Shown in pieces: positions 9,709 through 23,800 of a DNA stretch of 64,000 bases. The DNA is taken from assembly GCA_963674965.2 (NCBI GenBank), contig CAXXFL010000005.1, forward strand, positions 576,001-640,000, written 5' to 3'. Positions within the stretch are counted from its first letter, which is position 1. Each line of letters begins with the position of its first letter. The translations under genes were made by a program, and so were the position numbers. The DNA comes from a bacterium. Its GTDB lineage: Bacteria; RBG-13-61-14; DATKZS01. The notes beneath the pieces are model-generated. The model was given only the letters and a program-made list of their open reading frames with translations. It was not told the origin of the DNA and searched no databases.

Positions 9709-10788
9709 TCATTCCGGCCCGCGTTCGGGTTCGCCTTTCACCTCGTGCTCGGCCTCCTCGGCTTCCTCCCGAAGCCTGGTAAGGGAGTACCCGGCACGCC
9801 GAGCGGCTATGGCCCCGGCGATGGTGATGGGGAAGTAGTAGCATCCGTGGACCATGATGGCGAAAAGCAGGGCCACGCCGGGGTCGGCCCCCAGCATGAA
9901 GGTGAAGGCCTTCTGGTTGAGGGCGTGAAAGGTGCCGATGAATCCGGGCGGACCCGGTATGGAGGCGGCGGCGCCACCCACCACCATGAGGAACATGCAG
10001 TTAATCAGCGAGATATTATAGCCGAGGGCCAGTCCCGCCAGCCATATGGGCGTCAGGTTGACGATCCACGCGGCCAGGGACAGGAAAGTCACCAGGGCCA
10101 GGGACCGGGGCCGTCCCATGATGGCCAGGCCGGCGGCGAAGGTGCGCAGGGTATCGAGGATCTTTTCACGCCATTTTTCCGGCAGCGGCTTCATGAACCA
10201 CGCGGACAAGGAAAGGACGAAGTCGGTCTTAAGATAGAGGAAAAAGAGGAAGACCAGTAAAAGGCCCGTTCCCGCCAGGGTCCCCCATCCCATGTTGGTT
10301 ATCAGGGTCTCGAGGTTGTAATCCTCGCCGCCCACGTTCACGATAAGCCCGTCGGCCGGGAACTCGATCCAGACCAGGACCAGGGCCAGGAAAGCCAGGA
10401 TGCCCAGGAAATCGAAGAGCCTCTCCACCACGACCGTGGCCAGGGCCGAGCTGTAGCTTATTTCTTCCTCGAGCTTGCCCACCATGAACACGCGCATGAA
10501 CTCGCCCGCCCGGAGCGGAAAAATATTGTTGCCCATGTAGCAGACCAACAGCGAGGTCCACACGCTCGAGAGCCTGGTATGGCCGCACTCGTTCAGGATG
10601 ACGCGCCATCTTAACGTCCTTATCAGCATGATGGCGAAGTAGGCGGCCGTAATGGGTATGAGGTAGAAATAGTTGGCCCGGTGGGCGAGGGCCTGGCCGA
10701 AGGCGTTCCAGTCCTCGATCTGGCTGAAGGCCCAGAAGATGCAAATCGCTCCGATCAGGACCCCGAGCCAGAACTGCCATTTCTTCAT
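9709..10788 (-). CDS. Lysylphosphatidylglycerol synthase TM-region (UPF0104, flippase-like) membrane protein
   Basis: RTLRW, GNNIFPLRAGEFMR, ATVVVERLFD and PGPPGFIGTF motifs. Confidence 0.9.
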   Translation of the reverse strand: MKKWQFWLGVLIGAICIFWAFSQIEDWNAFGQALAHRANYFYLIPITAAYFAIMLIRTLRWRVILNECGHTRLSSVWTSLLVCYMGNNIFPLRAGEFMRVFMVGKLEEEISYSSALATVVVERLFDFLGILAFLALVLVWIEFPADGLIVNVGGEDYNLETLITNMGWGTLAGTGLLLVFLFFLYLKTDFVLSLSAWFMKPLPEKWREKILDTLRTFAAGLAIMGRPRSLALVTFLSLAAWIVNLTPIWLAGLALGYNISLINCMFLMVVGGAAASIPGPPGFIGTFHALNQKAFTFMLGADPGVALLFAIMVHGCYYFPITIAGAIAARRAGYSLTRLREEAEEAEHEVKGEPERGPE

Positions 10789-11771
10789 CCCGAGCTTTCC
10801 TCGAGGGCTTCAAATGGGTTGGCGATATTCAGGAACAGGTCCTCGCCGGCCTCCTCGGCCAGTATCTCGCGGGCCTTGATCACGTCCTTTTTAATCTGGG
10901 AGACGAGGGCCTTGGGGGACTTGAATTTTATCTCGCCCCGGATGCGATAGTAAAAGGCCAGTCGGAGGTCCTTTTGGTAGAGGTCCCCCTCGAAACCCAT
11001 GACGTGGGCCTCGATGGCCAGGGTCCCGTCGCCGAAGGTGGGGTTGTCGCCTATGTTGACCACCGCGGGATACCGGTGGCCGTTCCAATGGGCCACCGCC
11101 GCGTAGACCCCGTCGGGCGGAATGAGCTCGGCCTCCCATTTCAGGTTGGCCGTGGCGAAACCCAGGTCCTTGCCGCGCCCGCGTCCCTTTACGACCCTGC
11201 CCTCGACGTGGAAAGGCTCGCCCAGAAGGCTCTTGGCGCGTCGCAGGTTGCCGGCCTGGATGAGGCTGCGTATGCGGGTCGAGCTGACGGGCTTGTTCCT
11301 TATCAGCACGGCGGGCACGCTCTCGACGGCGAAGCCCCTGTTTTTCCCGGCCTCGGTAAGAAAAGCCTCGTCGCCCTCCCTTCCCTTGCCGAAACGGAAG
11401 TCGTGGCCGATGACGATCATTTTCGGGTTGAGCTTTCGCTGGAGGTCGACAAGGAACTCGTCGGCCGTTCTCTCGGCGAACTCGCGGGTAAACTCGACCT
11501 TGACGATAAGGCTCGCGCCCATCTCGGAGATAAGCCTGGCCCTCTCGCTGAAGGGAATGATGGCGGGAACTTTCTTGCCGGGCGAGAGCACTTCCCTTGG
11601 ATGAGGGTCGAAGGTGATGACAACGGAGGGCACGTCAAGCGCCCGGCCGTGGCCGATGGCCCTTCCCACGATGGCGCGGTGGCCCAGATGCACGCCGTCG
11701 AAATTCCCGATGGTGACGGACGAGGCTTTATAGTGGCCGTCGGGAACGGCGTTGAATTCCATGATTTTCAT
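10785..11771 (-). CDS. ribF: Bifunctional riboflavin kinase/FAD synthetase
   Basis: TIGNFDGVHLGH, TFDPHP, GHDFRFG, VSSTRIR and LGFATAN motifs. Confidence 0.96.
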   Translation of the reverse strand: MKIMEFNAVPDGHYKASSVTIGNFDGVHLGHRAIVGRAIGHGRALDVPSVVITFDPHPREVLSPGKKVPAIIPFSERARLISEMGASLIVKVEFTREFAERTADEFLVDLQRKLNPKMIVIGHDFRFGKGREGDEAFLTEAGKNRGFAVESVPAVLIRNKPVSSTRIRSLIQAGNLRRAKSLLGEPFHVEGRVVKGRGRGKDLGFATANLKWEAELIPPDGVYAAVAHWNGHRYPAVVNIGDNPTFGDGTLAIEAHVMGFEGDLYQKDLRLAFYYRIRGEIKFKSPKALVSQIKKDVIKAREILAEEAGEDLFLNIANPFEALEESSG

Positions 11772-11882
11772 TTTATTCCCCGGGGTACTGGCCCGATCGA
11801 GAAGAAGCGCCCGGACGAGTGGTCCAAGGCCCTCAGCCTCGCGAGGCCGACCGGCCTATCATTATACCCCGTTTTCACGAGT

Positions 11883-14504
11883 TTATACCACGACGTTGAC
11901 CAGCTTGTTGGGAACGGCGATAACTTTGCGGATTTCCCTGCCCTTGATAAAGTCCTGAATCCGCTCGTTGGCCAGGGCTATTTTCTCGAGTTCTTCCTTT
12001 TTCGCGTCCACCGGGGCGTTCACTCTTGCCCGGACCTTGCCGTTCACCTGGATGACCAGCTCGAAGGTATCGCGAGCGGTCATGGCCTCGTCGAAATCCG
12101 GCCAGGCCAGGTGGAAGGCGCTTTCCTTGGCGCCCAGGGCGCTCCAAATTTCCTCGGCCAGGTGCGGGCAAAAGGGACCGAGCATGGCCAGGAAACGCTC
12201 GAGGGACCAGCGGAAAAGGACCTTGCGCCGAGCCGGGTCGTCGCCGCCCTCGAGATCGAAGTCGGCCAGGGCGTTGAACTGTTCCATCAGCGCCGAGATG
12301 GCCGTGTTGAAGGTCCAGCGCTCGATCCGGTCGGTCACGTCCCGCGCCGTCTCGTGGGTCTTTATGAAAAGCTCCTTTTCGTCGCTCGGGCCCGCCAGGA
12401 AATCGTACTTAGCGGCGTCGGAGGCGGATACGTCCTTAATCTTCTCCACCCTGGAAACGGCCAGGTTCCAGACGCGATGGATAAAACGGTTGGGCCCCTG
12501 GATGCGGTTCTCGCTCCAGTCGATCTCCTTGTTGGGAGGGGCCTCGAAAAGCAGGTACAGCCGGACCGTGTCCGCCCCGAAGGTCTTGACCATCTCCTCC
12601 GGGTCCACGGTGTTTTTCTTGCTCTTGCTCATCTTTTCCTTGCGGCCTATCTCCACGTCCTTGCCGCAAACGGGGCACTTGTAGTCCTTTACTTCCTGGG
12701 GAAACTGATATCCGTGCTCGGGGCACTTGACGCTTTCCTTGAGGACCATGCCCTGCGTAAGCAGCCTGGTAAAGGGCTCGTCGAACTTCACGTAACCCAG
12801 GTCGCGCAGGACCTTGGTAAAGAACCTCGAGTATAAAAGGTGCAGCACCGCGTGCTCGATCCCGCCGATGTACTGGTCCACCGGGAGCCAGTAGTGGACC
12901 TCGCCGTCGTCAAAGGGGGCCGTATCGCAATGGGGCGAGGCGTAGCGCTCGTAGTACCAGGACGACTCGACGAAGGTGTCCATGGTGTCCGTCTCCCGCC
13001 TGGCCGGCCTGCCGCATTTCGGGCAGTCCACGTTGATCCACCAGTCCAGCCTGGGCAGGGGGTTGCCCACCTCGAAGTCGAACTCGACCTCGGCGGGAAG
13101 GGCCACGGGAAGCTGGTCTTTCGGGACCGGGACCACCCCGCACTCGGGGCAGTGGACCACCGGAATGGGAGCGCCCCAAAAGCGCTGCCGCGAGATCAGC
13201 CAGTCGCGAAGCCGGTAATGCGTGCTCGCGCCGCCCCGGTTTTCCCTGGCCAGCCTGTCGGTAATGACCTTCTTGAACTCGAGGCTGTCCATGCCGTCGT
13301 ACTCGCCCGAGTTCATCATCACCCCCGGCTCCTCGTAGGCCTCGGTCATGGCCGAGGCCTCGAGGGCCTCCTGGCCTGGAGGCTGGACCACCGGTACGAT
13401 ATCCAGGCCGTAAACCCTGGAGAACTCGAAGTCGCGCTGGTCGTGGGCCGGCACCGCCATGACCGCGCCCGTGCCGTACTCCATGAGCACGAAGTTGGCC
13501 ACGTAGATGGGCATCCGCCTTCCGGTCATGGGGTTAATGCAATAGGCGCCCGTGAAGGTCCCCTCCTTCTCGTAGTCCTCGGCCGAGCGCTTGATCTTGT
13601 CCTCGGAGCGGACGCGGTCGCAGAATTCCCGGACCGCCTTTTCCCGGTCCGTGCCCCTCGAGAGTATCTCGCAATAGGGGTGCTCGGCGGCGAGACTCAT
13701 GAAGGTCGCCCCGAAGAGGGTGTCGGGCCTGGTGGTATAAACCACCACCCTGTCGATTTCCCCGTCCGTCTCGGGGTCGGGATAGGGCCGCTCGAGCTTG
13801 AAGTGGATCATGGACCCCACGGACTTGCCGATCCAGTTCCTCTGCATGAGAAGGACTTTTTCCGGCCAGCCCGGAAGCTTCTCGGTCCACTCCAGAAGTT
13901 CCTCCGCGTACCTGGTTATCTTGAAGAACCACTGGGACAGCTCTTTTTGCCTGACCAGAGTGTCACCGTGGCGCCAGCAATAGCCGTCCTCCACCTGCTC
14001 GTTGGCCAGCACCGTGTTGCACTTGTCGCACCAGTTGACCCAGGCCTTCTGCTTCTCCACCAGCCCCTTCTCGAGCATGTCGATAAATACCGCCTGCTCC
14101 CACTTGTAATACTCGGGGTCGCAGGTGGCGAACTCGCGTCTCCAGTCGTATGAATAGCCCAGCCTCTTGAGCTGGCCGCGCATGTAGTCGATGTTGCGGC
14201 GGGTCCATTCATTCGGATGCACCCGGTTCTCGAGGGCCGCGTTCTCCGCCGGAAGACCGAAGGCGTCCCACCCCATGGGATGAAGCACGTTGAAACCGCG
14301 CATGACCTTGTAGCGGGACACCACGTCCCCAATCGAGTAATTGCGCACGTGACCCATGTGAAGCCGTCCCGAAGGATAAGGGAACATCTCGAGCAGGTAA
14401 TACTTCTCTTTCGACTTGTCCACCTCGACTTCAAAAACGCGCTCCTTTTCCCAGAAAGACTGCCACTTGGGCTCGATCTCCTGGGGGTTGTACTTGGAAT
14501 CCAC
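11883..14504 (-). CDS. leuS: Leucine--tRNA ligase
   Basis: [13 protein letters not shown] (HIGH), [16 protein letters not shown] and C-terminal LVNVVV. The GTG at 14504 is well spaced from GGAGGA. Confidence 0.97.
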   Translation of the reverse strand: MDSKYNPQEIEPKWQSFWEKERVFEVEVDKSKEKYYLLEMFPYPSGRLHMGHVRNYSIGDVVSRYKVMRGFNVLHPMGWDAFGLPAENAALENRVHPNEWTRRNIDYMRGQLKRLGYSYDWRREFATCDPEYYKWEQAVFIDMLEKGLVEKQKAWVNWCDKCNTVLANEQVEDGYCWRHGDTLVRQKELSQWFFKITRYAEELLEWTEKLPGWPEKVLLMQRNWIGKSVGSMIHFKLERPYPDPETDGEIDRVVVYTTRPDTLFGATFMSLAAEHPYCEILSRGTDREKAVREFCDRVRSEDKIKRSAEDYEKEGTFTGAYCINPMTGRRMPIYVANFVLMEYGTGAVMAVPAHDQRDFEFSRVYGLDIVPVVQPPGQEALEASAMTEAYEEPGVMMNSGEYDGMDSLEFKKVITDRLARENRGGASTHYRLRDWLISRQRFWGAPIPVVHCPECGVVPVPKDQLPVALPAEVEFDFEVGNPLPRLDWWINVDCPKCGRPARRETDTMDTFVESSWYYERYASPHCDTAPFDDGEVHYWLPVDQYIGGIEHAVLHLLYSRFFTKVLRDLGYVKFDEPFTRLLTQGMVLKESVKCPEHGYQFPQEVKDYKCPVCGKDVEIGRKEKMSKSKKNTVDPEEMVKTFGADTVRLYLLFEAPPNKEIDWSENRIQGPNRFIHRVWNLAVSRVEKIKDVSASDAAKYDFLAGPSDEKELFIKTHETARDVTDRIERWTFNTAISALMEQFNALADFDLEGGDDPARRKVLFRWSLERFLAMLGPFCPHLAEEIWSALGAKESAFHLAWPDFDEAMTARDTFELVIQVNGKVRARVNAPVDAKKEELEKIALANERIQDFIKGREIRKVIAVPNKLVNVVV

Positions 14505-14853
14505 GGCCAATCCTCCGCTTTGATGGAAATAGGCAAGGGAGTTGGACCCTTGCCTGCAATATTTATTTATAACATCCGCTTACTTTCCGGTCAAGCCGGA
14601 AGCCGGCGGGGAAAAGGCCCCTCTTTTCACGGCCGGACAAATAAATTAAATAAAACCGCATTTTTTATGCCTTGATTTCCTTCGTCATTACGTCTATTTT
14701 AGATGCATAGGTTTTTTACGCCAGGAGTACGTCCGAATACCCCCACCGAGCGATCAAATCAGGGTAAATTTTTATCGAACAATTAATATATCCATGCAAA
14801 TCGAATAGTTAGTAATGTTTTTCATCTTGAGACCAACAGCACGGGAGTGGATC

Positions 14854-17800
14854 ATGAAATCTTTCAAGCTTTTTGTCGCCTCCATCCTTTTTTCGTCCCT
14901 TCTTCTTCCCGCCATCGCGCTGGGACAGGACAGCGACGGCGACGGTATGCCCGACGTCCACGAAAACCAGTACTGGTGCCTCATGGCCAACACGGTGGAC
15001 TCCGGCGTGGACTACGACTCGGACGGCATGACCAGCCTCGAGGAATATCAGTACGATTATTTTCTCGATCCCTGCGACGAGGACACGGACGACGATATCG
15101 TCGGGGACGGGATCGAGGTCAGCCTCGGGTCCGATCCACTCAGCGGCCGCGTCGCGCCGGGCGCCGTTGAAGTGGGAGACGACCAGCCCATCACCACCTC
15201 CACCAGTCACCAGACCACGCCGGACGTGGTCCATAACTCCTCCGAGTACGCCTTGGCCTGGCAGGACTATAGGACATACAACTACGAGATTTTCTTTCAA
15301 AGAGTGGCGCCCAACGGCGACTTCATCGGAAGCGAGCTCAGGATTACCAACGCCGCCAACGCCTCCTATAACCCCGACCTTATATGGACCGGCTCCGAGT
15401 ATGGACTCGCCTTCGACGACCAGAGGGATGGAAACAGGGAAATTTATTTCGTTCGGCTGGCCGTTGACGGATCGACGGTCGGCCTGGACTCGAGGATCAC
15501 CTTTAATTCCGGCTCGAGCTATATCCCGACACTTGCCTGGACCGGCTCCGAGTTCGGGCTCGCCTGGTACGACAACGATCCAGGCATGAATCAAATCTTC
15601 TTCAGAAGGATCGCCGCCGACGGGACCACCGTGGGCGGCCAAATTCAGGTGACCGACGCCGCCTACGGCGCCCAGCGCCCGGATATCGTCGCTTCCCCCG
15701 CCGGGTTCGGGATCGCCTGGAGCCAGTGGTCATCGTTTTTGAGCTTTAACATAGGCTTCCAACTCATTGGACTGGACGGCTCCACCGCGTCAGCCCCAAG
15801 GCTCATTACCTACACCTCGGGTCAAGTCAATTATCCCGACCTTTCCTGGAACGGCTCCGAGTTCGGACTCGTCTGGAACGACGACGCGAGCGGACCTCAG
15901 GAAGTCTACTTCACCAGGTTGGACTCGGACGGGGACACCCTTATGCCCAACCTCAGGCTCACCAACAACTCGTCCAATTCCTACTATCCGGCCGTGGAAT
16001 GGAACGGATCTAAATTCGGCGTCGCCTGGCACGACTATAGGGACGGGAACTCGGAAATCTATTACGCCACCGTCTCCGAGGAGGGAGAAAGAATGAGCGC
16101 CGACGTCCGCCTGACCCACGACCCGGACGTCAGCCAGGTCCCCGCCATCTGTTGGGGCGGGCCCAGGTTCGGGATAGCGTGGCAGGAAAACAGGGCCGGC
16201 AACTACGATATCTACTTTACCAGGATTCTCCTGGATGATGACGGGGACTTGATCGCGAACACCAGGGAGAACAACTTTAACTGCGACTCCGACGACTGGG
16301 ACACCGACGACGACCTCATGCCCGACGGCTTCGAGGCTTATGCCGGACAAGCCTGCGGCCTCCTGCCCACCATCCCCGACGCATCGGCCGACAACGACGG
16401 CGACTCCGTCACCAACCTGGCCGAGTACGAGTACGAAACTGACCCTTGCGACACGGACACCGACGACGAGGGACTTAACGATTACCTCGAAATTTACGTC
16501 GCCGGCACCGACCCGAATAATATCGACACCGACGGCGACGACGTGGACGACGCATGGGAGCACTTCAATACCTGCCTCGATCCACTCGTCTCGGACGAGG
16601 ACCAGGACCCCGACCTCGATACCATCATAAACTTGACGGAGTACATCCTGCAGTCCAACCCCTGCGACGACGACTCCGACGGCGACGGCATGCCCGACGG
16701 ATGGGAATACGACCGCGGACTCGATCCCACCAACCCCGCCGATGGGATCGAGGACCCCGACCAGGACGGAATGAACAACTGGCTCGAGTACTACTTCGGG
16801 ACCGAGCCCGACCTCGAGGACGCCGACGGCGACGGAATCTCCGATTACGACGAGACCTTCGTCTACCTCACCTGCCCCTTCCAGGCCGACTCCGACGGCG
16901 ACGGACTGCCCGACGGATGGGAGATCGACTACGATACCGACCCCCTCCTCGACGACGCCAACTCCGACGGTGACGACGACGGCTTCACCAACCTCGAGGA
17001 GTACTTCTTCGGCACCAACCCCAACATACCCGGCAACGACGACGACCGGGACATGCTGAGCAACGACGTGGAAACCAACTCGAGGGTATGGAACGGAATA
17101 CAGGACCCCGGCTCCAGCCCCACCTCCCCCGACACCGACAAGGGAGGAGAACTCGACGGCATCGAGGCCCTCCTCGGCCGAGACCCAAACGACCCCGCCA
17201 ACGACGTGACCTGGTCCGATACCATTAACGTCTCGAGTTCCGCCTCCGCGAACTCGATGAGGCCAAAAATATTGGGGGACGTGAATACCGCCTTTGTGCT
17301 TTACAAACAAAACTCGGGAAGCTACGCCAGATTGGCCATCCAGTCGACATCCACCGGTACCAGTTGGTCCGACACCACCTTCATTAACACGGCCTCCCAG
17401 TCCGTGTCCGACTATGATATTGAAAATACCAGTGACGACACCATTTGGGTCTTCTTCGCCGAGGGAAACACCGTTAAATACAGAACCAAACCCAAGAAGG
17501 GAGTTTGGAGTTCCATATCGAATCTGACCGCGACCAATGAAGTACAAGAATTGACCTCCGTCATGTCCTCCACCGATCTGCCCGCCGTCGCCTGGGTGGA
17601 TAATGACCTGGGGACGCGTACGATTTACTACAAGAAGAAAAAGTTGATCATGTGGTCCTCGACTGAAACTCTTTATTCCTCCACTGGATTTATTAACGAC
17701 CTCAGAATGGTCCTTGGCGAGGACGGCGAGGTTTATATCGTGTGGGAGGAGTCGACGGGAATATACTTCATGTACTACGACGGATCCAGTTGGTCCAGCG

Positions 17801-20800
17801 AGGAGCTTATAGCGCTCTCCGACTATGGAGACGTGGACCTTTTTTACCATCAAGACAGTAGAAGGCTCTATATGGCCTATTCCCGCTACACCCTCCCCGA
17901 GGGCCAGGACAACGTGCTTTTAATGTACTACGAAAACGGAATATGGTCCCAACCGGAAAAAATAACGCCCGCCGTTTACTCCAGCCAGAACCCCTATTTC
18001 TTCGAGGACGCCATGGGAATATTGCACGTAAGTTTCGTGGGAGAGACCTATGGAGGACTTAGCGGATACCTCTATACTTTTATGGAGGACGGAAAATGGC
18101 TGGCGCCCCAAATCATCAATCCTGTATACGACTGGCCCAATATTAATCCATCCGTTTATGCGTGCAATAATGGAAAACTCGTGCACGTTATGGACGCCAG
18201 GCTGGGCTCTTACTATGAAATTTATGCGTCAGTCCTCGATTATCCCGACGAAGACGCCGATTCTCTCGACGACAGGCAGGAGGTCCTGGCCGGGACCGAC
18301 TTCATGGACCCCGATACGGACGACGACGGGCTGAGCGACTATAACGAGGTCATAACAAGAGAAACGGACCCTCTCGATCCCGACACGGACGGAGACAGGA
18401 TCGACGACTACGCCGAGGTCAGTACTTACTCCAGCGACCCCAACGACGCCGACTCGGACGGGGGCCTCGAGTTGGACGGGGTCGAGGCCGAGTTCGGAAG
18501 GGACCCCTCCACCGCCGCCGACGACCTCGGATGGTCCAACACAATATCCGAGTACTTCGGTTACGCTCCTAAAATAGTTGTCGACTCGGACGATCACTTC
18601 CATGCCGCCTCATTCGGAACGTATCCTTACAGATTAATGTACAACTACTATAACGGCTCGGCATGGGATGGAGCGACAACCGTTTACGAAAGTTCTTACG
18701 GAACCTACGGGCACCAGATAGCGGTCGCTCCCGACGGGGAAATCTATATCGTTTTCCAGGAGGACAACGTACCATCCATCGGCTGGAGCTTCGACATTAA
18801 AGTCATGCATAAAAACATCAGCGAAGGCTCATGGCCCGCGCCCGTCGCCATTACCGACGGAGATACCATCTCCGAAATGAGCCCCACCGTCGCCATCGAC
18901 GGGAACGCGCGTCCGCATCTCGCCTACGTCAGCCATGAAGGTTCGATCGACAGGATTTACCACGTCCAATATGACGGCGACTCCTGGCTGACGCCCCAGC
19001 CCATCGTCGAGCAGGGAAGCGTCTGGACCGTGCAGATGAACTCCGATCCAGATGGAAACATCCACATGATTTACACGGACCCCGACGTCTACTACATGGT
19101 TTGGGACGGGGCGACCTGGTCGGAACCTGAATTAGTCGTTGGCAGCCAGTACGACAAGTACGCCAATATGACCGTCGACTTGAGAGGAACGCCCCACGTA
19201 TTGGTTCGGGAATGGAGGTCTCCTTACGACGCGCCCATAATGTCCTTGAGCCGGCTTAATGGCAAATGGACCAACGCCCAGACTATTACTCCCGACGATA
19301 ATAAGGAAATTATGGCGCACGCTATAGCCTCGGCCGGGCACGGAGTCCTGCACGCCGCGTGGAAAAACGAGGACGGATTCCATTACTCCGTCTACACCAA
19401 CGGAAAATGGTCCAAGCCCTTCTTACTGCGCGTGGATAACCCTAGCTTTATTAACTGGGGAATGAACATTGTCTCCACTTCCACGGGCAATCTCATGTTC
19501 GCCGACAACAACTGGTACCAGACATGGACCGCCTTGGACTCCGACCTCGACGGAATCAACAACTTTACCGAGTTCCTCCAAAACACCGATTGGATTGATC
19601 CCGACTCCGACGACGACGGACTTGACGACACGGAGGAGGCCTTTCTGAATTGCGACCCCAACTCCGACGATTCCGACGGCGACGGCGTAAGCGACTATGA
19701 CGAAATCACCGAGGGGACCGACCCCAACGTCATGGACACCGACATGGACATGGTCCCCGACGGATGGGAGATTCTCTATGGGACCAATCCCCTCGTGGAC
19801 GATAGCGACGACGATCCCGACGGCGACGGCTTCACCAACCTCCAGGAGTTCATCTATCACCTCGATCCCATGACTCCCGAACCCGCGCCTCAATCGTCAT
19901 GCCAGGCCCCGGATTACGAAAATGGGGACTCTATACTGGTCGAATTCGAGTGCTCGAGCCATCTCGCCGCGGTAAACCTCTACGTCAGCTTCAACGGGCT
20001 TCCCTACCTCAACATGGGAGGCTTCGGTTACTCCAAGAGCTGCGCCGATGACGACCTCAGCTTCTACTTCGATCCCTTCTGGGACGACGGTACCTATCGA
20101 TTCTATACCAGGGCAACCTTGACCTCGGTCCTTACCGAGGACGCGCCCGCGACCCCGCCCGACGCCACCACTATATTCGATACACAGGGACCGGCCATGC
20201 TCTACGTCACTGACGACGGCGATTACACGGAAGAGGACCAGGCCATTAACGCCGAGGCCGCCGCCTCGGACGTCGGTCCCGCCGGCGTGGCGGGCTATTT
20301 CTACGCCGTTGGCGACGCCGCGTATCCCGATCCTGATTTCCAGTCCCTCTCCTCATGGAAGTGGGACGCCGACGGTGACATTTCACGCGCCTTTGGAAGC
20401 ACCGTGATGGCAGAGGGGACCGCTTATTACGTGACGGTGAAGGCTATCGATAACGCGGGCAATGAAAGCGCGCCCCTCTCCTCCAACGGTATCGTGGTCG
20501 ATATCTCAATTCCCGCCGTTCCGGCCGTGACCGACGACGGGACTTATACGGGTTACACCGACCGCTTCCACGCGACGTGGACGTGCGGGGGCGACAGCGT
20601 TTCGGGCGTTGTCCAGTATGACTACGCCATCGGTTCGTCGGCGGGGGCGACGGACGTGGTGGGGTGGACGGATAACGCGACGCTGACGGAGGTGACCAGG
20701 TTCGGGCTCGAGCTCGAGGACGGGTCGAGTTACTTCATCGGGGTGAGGGCCGTTAACGGGGCGGGGCTGACCAGCGTGGGGTGGTCCGATGGGATACTCG

Positions 20801-23800
20801 TCGACTCGAGGGGGCCGGAGATCGCCTGGTCGTCGCCGGCGCATCGGGAGATCGTGAACGACGACATGCCGCCCGTGGACTTGCCGGTCAGTATAAACTT
20901 CATCGACCCGGGCGGGGCTGGGATCGACTGGTCGAGCCTCGAGATGGTGCTCGACTTCAGCACCGTGCAGAGCTTCAGCCAGGACGGGGACACGGTGAGC
21001 TTCGACGCGCTGGCCCTCGACCTGGGCAACCACGTGGTGAACGTGCAGGTCGCGGACCTGGCGGGGAACGGTCTTAACCGGAACGTCATCTTCGTGGTCG
21101 AGGACCCGCGGCGGGTGATAATCAATCCGGTATACGTGGAATGGGCCCCGGGCGACGGGGACGTGACCTTCGTGGCCGACGGCGGCACCGGCGCGTACCG
21201 GTGGGCGGCGACTGGCGGGGCGCTCGATTCCTTCACCGGGACCGAGGTTGTCTTCACGCCGGGCCCCGAGGCGGGGGCCTACGTGGTGGCGGTTTCTGAC
21301 GCCAAGCTGGTGAGCGCGCAGGCGACGATAATTATTTCTGGCGAGGTCGAGGTGGCCCCGGCGGTGGTCCGCCTGAGCGCGGGCTCGGCGGCGACCTTCA
21401 CCGCCTCGGGCGGTAGCGGCGACTTCAGTTGGACGGTCAACGGCGGCTCTTGCGTATTGTCGGGCGACCGTGATGAAACGTGTTCGTATACGGCCTTCGA
21501 GTCGAGCGGGCAGTACTCGGTGAAGGCGCAGGCGGGCTCGGGCGAGAGCTTCACCAGCCGCGTGATCGTCACCGATCCGGTGGGCCGGGCCATCGTGGTG
21601 GTGGGCGGCGGCCTGGTGGACTCGAACCGTCAGGTCGAGGCTCTGAACTCCCTTGGCCACCTCGCCTACGAGACCCTTTTGGCTCGCGGCTTCGAGCCGG
21701 ACCAGATCATGTACCTCAATCCCGACGCGACCCAGGCCTACGACGGCGACGGCGACGGCTACGCCGACGACGTGGACGGCGCTCCCACCCCGGCCGCTCT
21801 GCAGGCGGCCATCCTGGATTGGGCCACCGCCGACCTGGGGGTGGACAACCCGGGCGTGGGTCCGGGCGTGCCTTTAATAATTTATATGGTCGATCACGGG
21901 GGCGACGACTCGTTCCTCATCAACTTCACGGCCGCGGGCGCTGGCCAGGAGGTGACCCCCACCCAGCTCGACTCGTGGATCGACGCGGTGCAGGGGGGCG
22001 ACACCTCGAACCCGAACGGGGTAGACGTGGTGGTGATTTACGACGCCTGCCGGTCGGGCAGCTTCCTGGACGAGGTGGGCGGCGGCGGTTCCGACCGTAT
22101 CGTGATCACCAGCTCGGCGTCCTCGGAGAGCGCATACTTTGGCGTATCGGGCACGATCAGCTTCAGCCAGTTTTTCTGGCAGCGGGTCCGGACGGGCGCC
22201 ACTCTCAAGTCGGCCTTCAACGACGCGGCGGCGGCGCTGGCCACCTGGGCCACGCAGACGCCGTGGCTGGACGACAACGGGAGCGGGACTTACGCGGCCA
22301 CCGGCGACGGCAAGGACGGCGACGCGGCGGACCTTTTCGTGGTGGGCGCGGACTTCGTTACCGGCGCGGTGCTTCCCGAGCTGACACCTCGCGGCGACGC
22401 GCTGCTCGAGGGCGACAGCCTGGATATTTACTCGGGCATACTTTACGCCAGCTCGAGCGAGATATCGGCCATGTTCGCCATTTTGACGCCGCCTGGCTTC
22501 TCACCTCCCCAGTCGGAGGGCAACTTCGACACGCCCTGGCTGGAGGACGAGGAGGGCAATCCCCTGCCTCGCGTTTACCTCGAGTACTCGAGCGCGACGG
22601 GCGACTGGCGGCGTCGGCTGGACTCGGCCGAGCTGGCCGAGCTGTTCACGGTCAACGGACGTTATACTGCCACGTTATACGCGATCGATCTCGCGGGCCG
22701 GGTGACGGCGGCGGCGGAGTTCTCGATCACGGTGTTCGGCCCGGACCCTTACGAGGACGACGACTGGTGGAGCTCCGGCTCGAGCGTCGAGGTTAACTCG
22801 AGCTCGGCGCAGGCCCACAACTTCCACGACTCGGGCGACCGGGACTGGGTGAAGTTCTCCGTGGCCTTTGGGGACACGGGATATTACTCGGTGTATACGG
22901 AGAACCTGGCGGACCGCTGCGACACGGTGATCGAGCTTTACGGCTACTCGGTGGCCGGATCGACGGTGGTCCCCATCGCGTTCGACGACGACTCGGGCCA
23001 GGACGGCGGCGGCTCGAGCCGTATTTTCATGTACCTGTCCGAGGGTCTTTATTACGCTGAAGTATATCAGTACGGCGACACCATCGGGGGTCAGGACACG
23101 GAGTACGACCTCCGGGTGGACCACGACGAGGGCGACTACGGCTCGATCGAGGGCTACGTGACGGACTCGGTGACGGGCTTCGGGGTGCAGGGCGCGAACG
23201 TGATCGTGATCCTTGGCGGTCCTCCCCGCGTGGCCACCACCGGGGCGGGCGGCTATTACAAGCTCTCGAGCCTCCTGGCGGGCTCTGGATATCCCATGCA
23301 GGTGCAGGCGGCGAACTTCACCACCTGGTCGGGGACGGTGAACGTTGGCGTGAACCAGACCACCAGGAAGGACGTGGTGCTGGCGGCGAAGACCGGCACC
23401 TCGGGCGTGCTGATGGGCCACGTTTACGGTCACGGCGGCGCGCCGCTGGTGGGGGTCGGGCTCGAGGTCTCGGGCAAGTCCGTGGTGAGCGAGGCGGGCG
23501 GCCTTTACTCGATCCGTCTTGCTCCCGGAGCGGCCTACGTTTATTCGAGCTGGCCGGGCTACGAGCCGTACCTCGAGGAGGGGCTAATGGTTGTGGCCGG
23601 CGATACCACGGTGCATGAGGTGTCGCTCGAGCCGGTGGACACCGACGGCGACGGCCTTCCGGACTGGATCGAGACCTCGGGCTGCACTGACGAGTCCGAG
23701 GCGGACTCGGACGGCGACGGCTTATGCGACGGCGATACCGCGGTGTATGACGGCGCGACTCTCGTCTGCTCGGCGGGCGAGGACCTCGATCTTGACGGCG

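Noticed and set aside
14511-14853. T-box or riboswitch in the leuS/giant gene intergenic region
   Set aside because: Only a 9 bp hairpin (14531-14555). No T-box or c-di-GMP consensus recognised.
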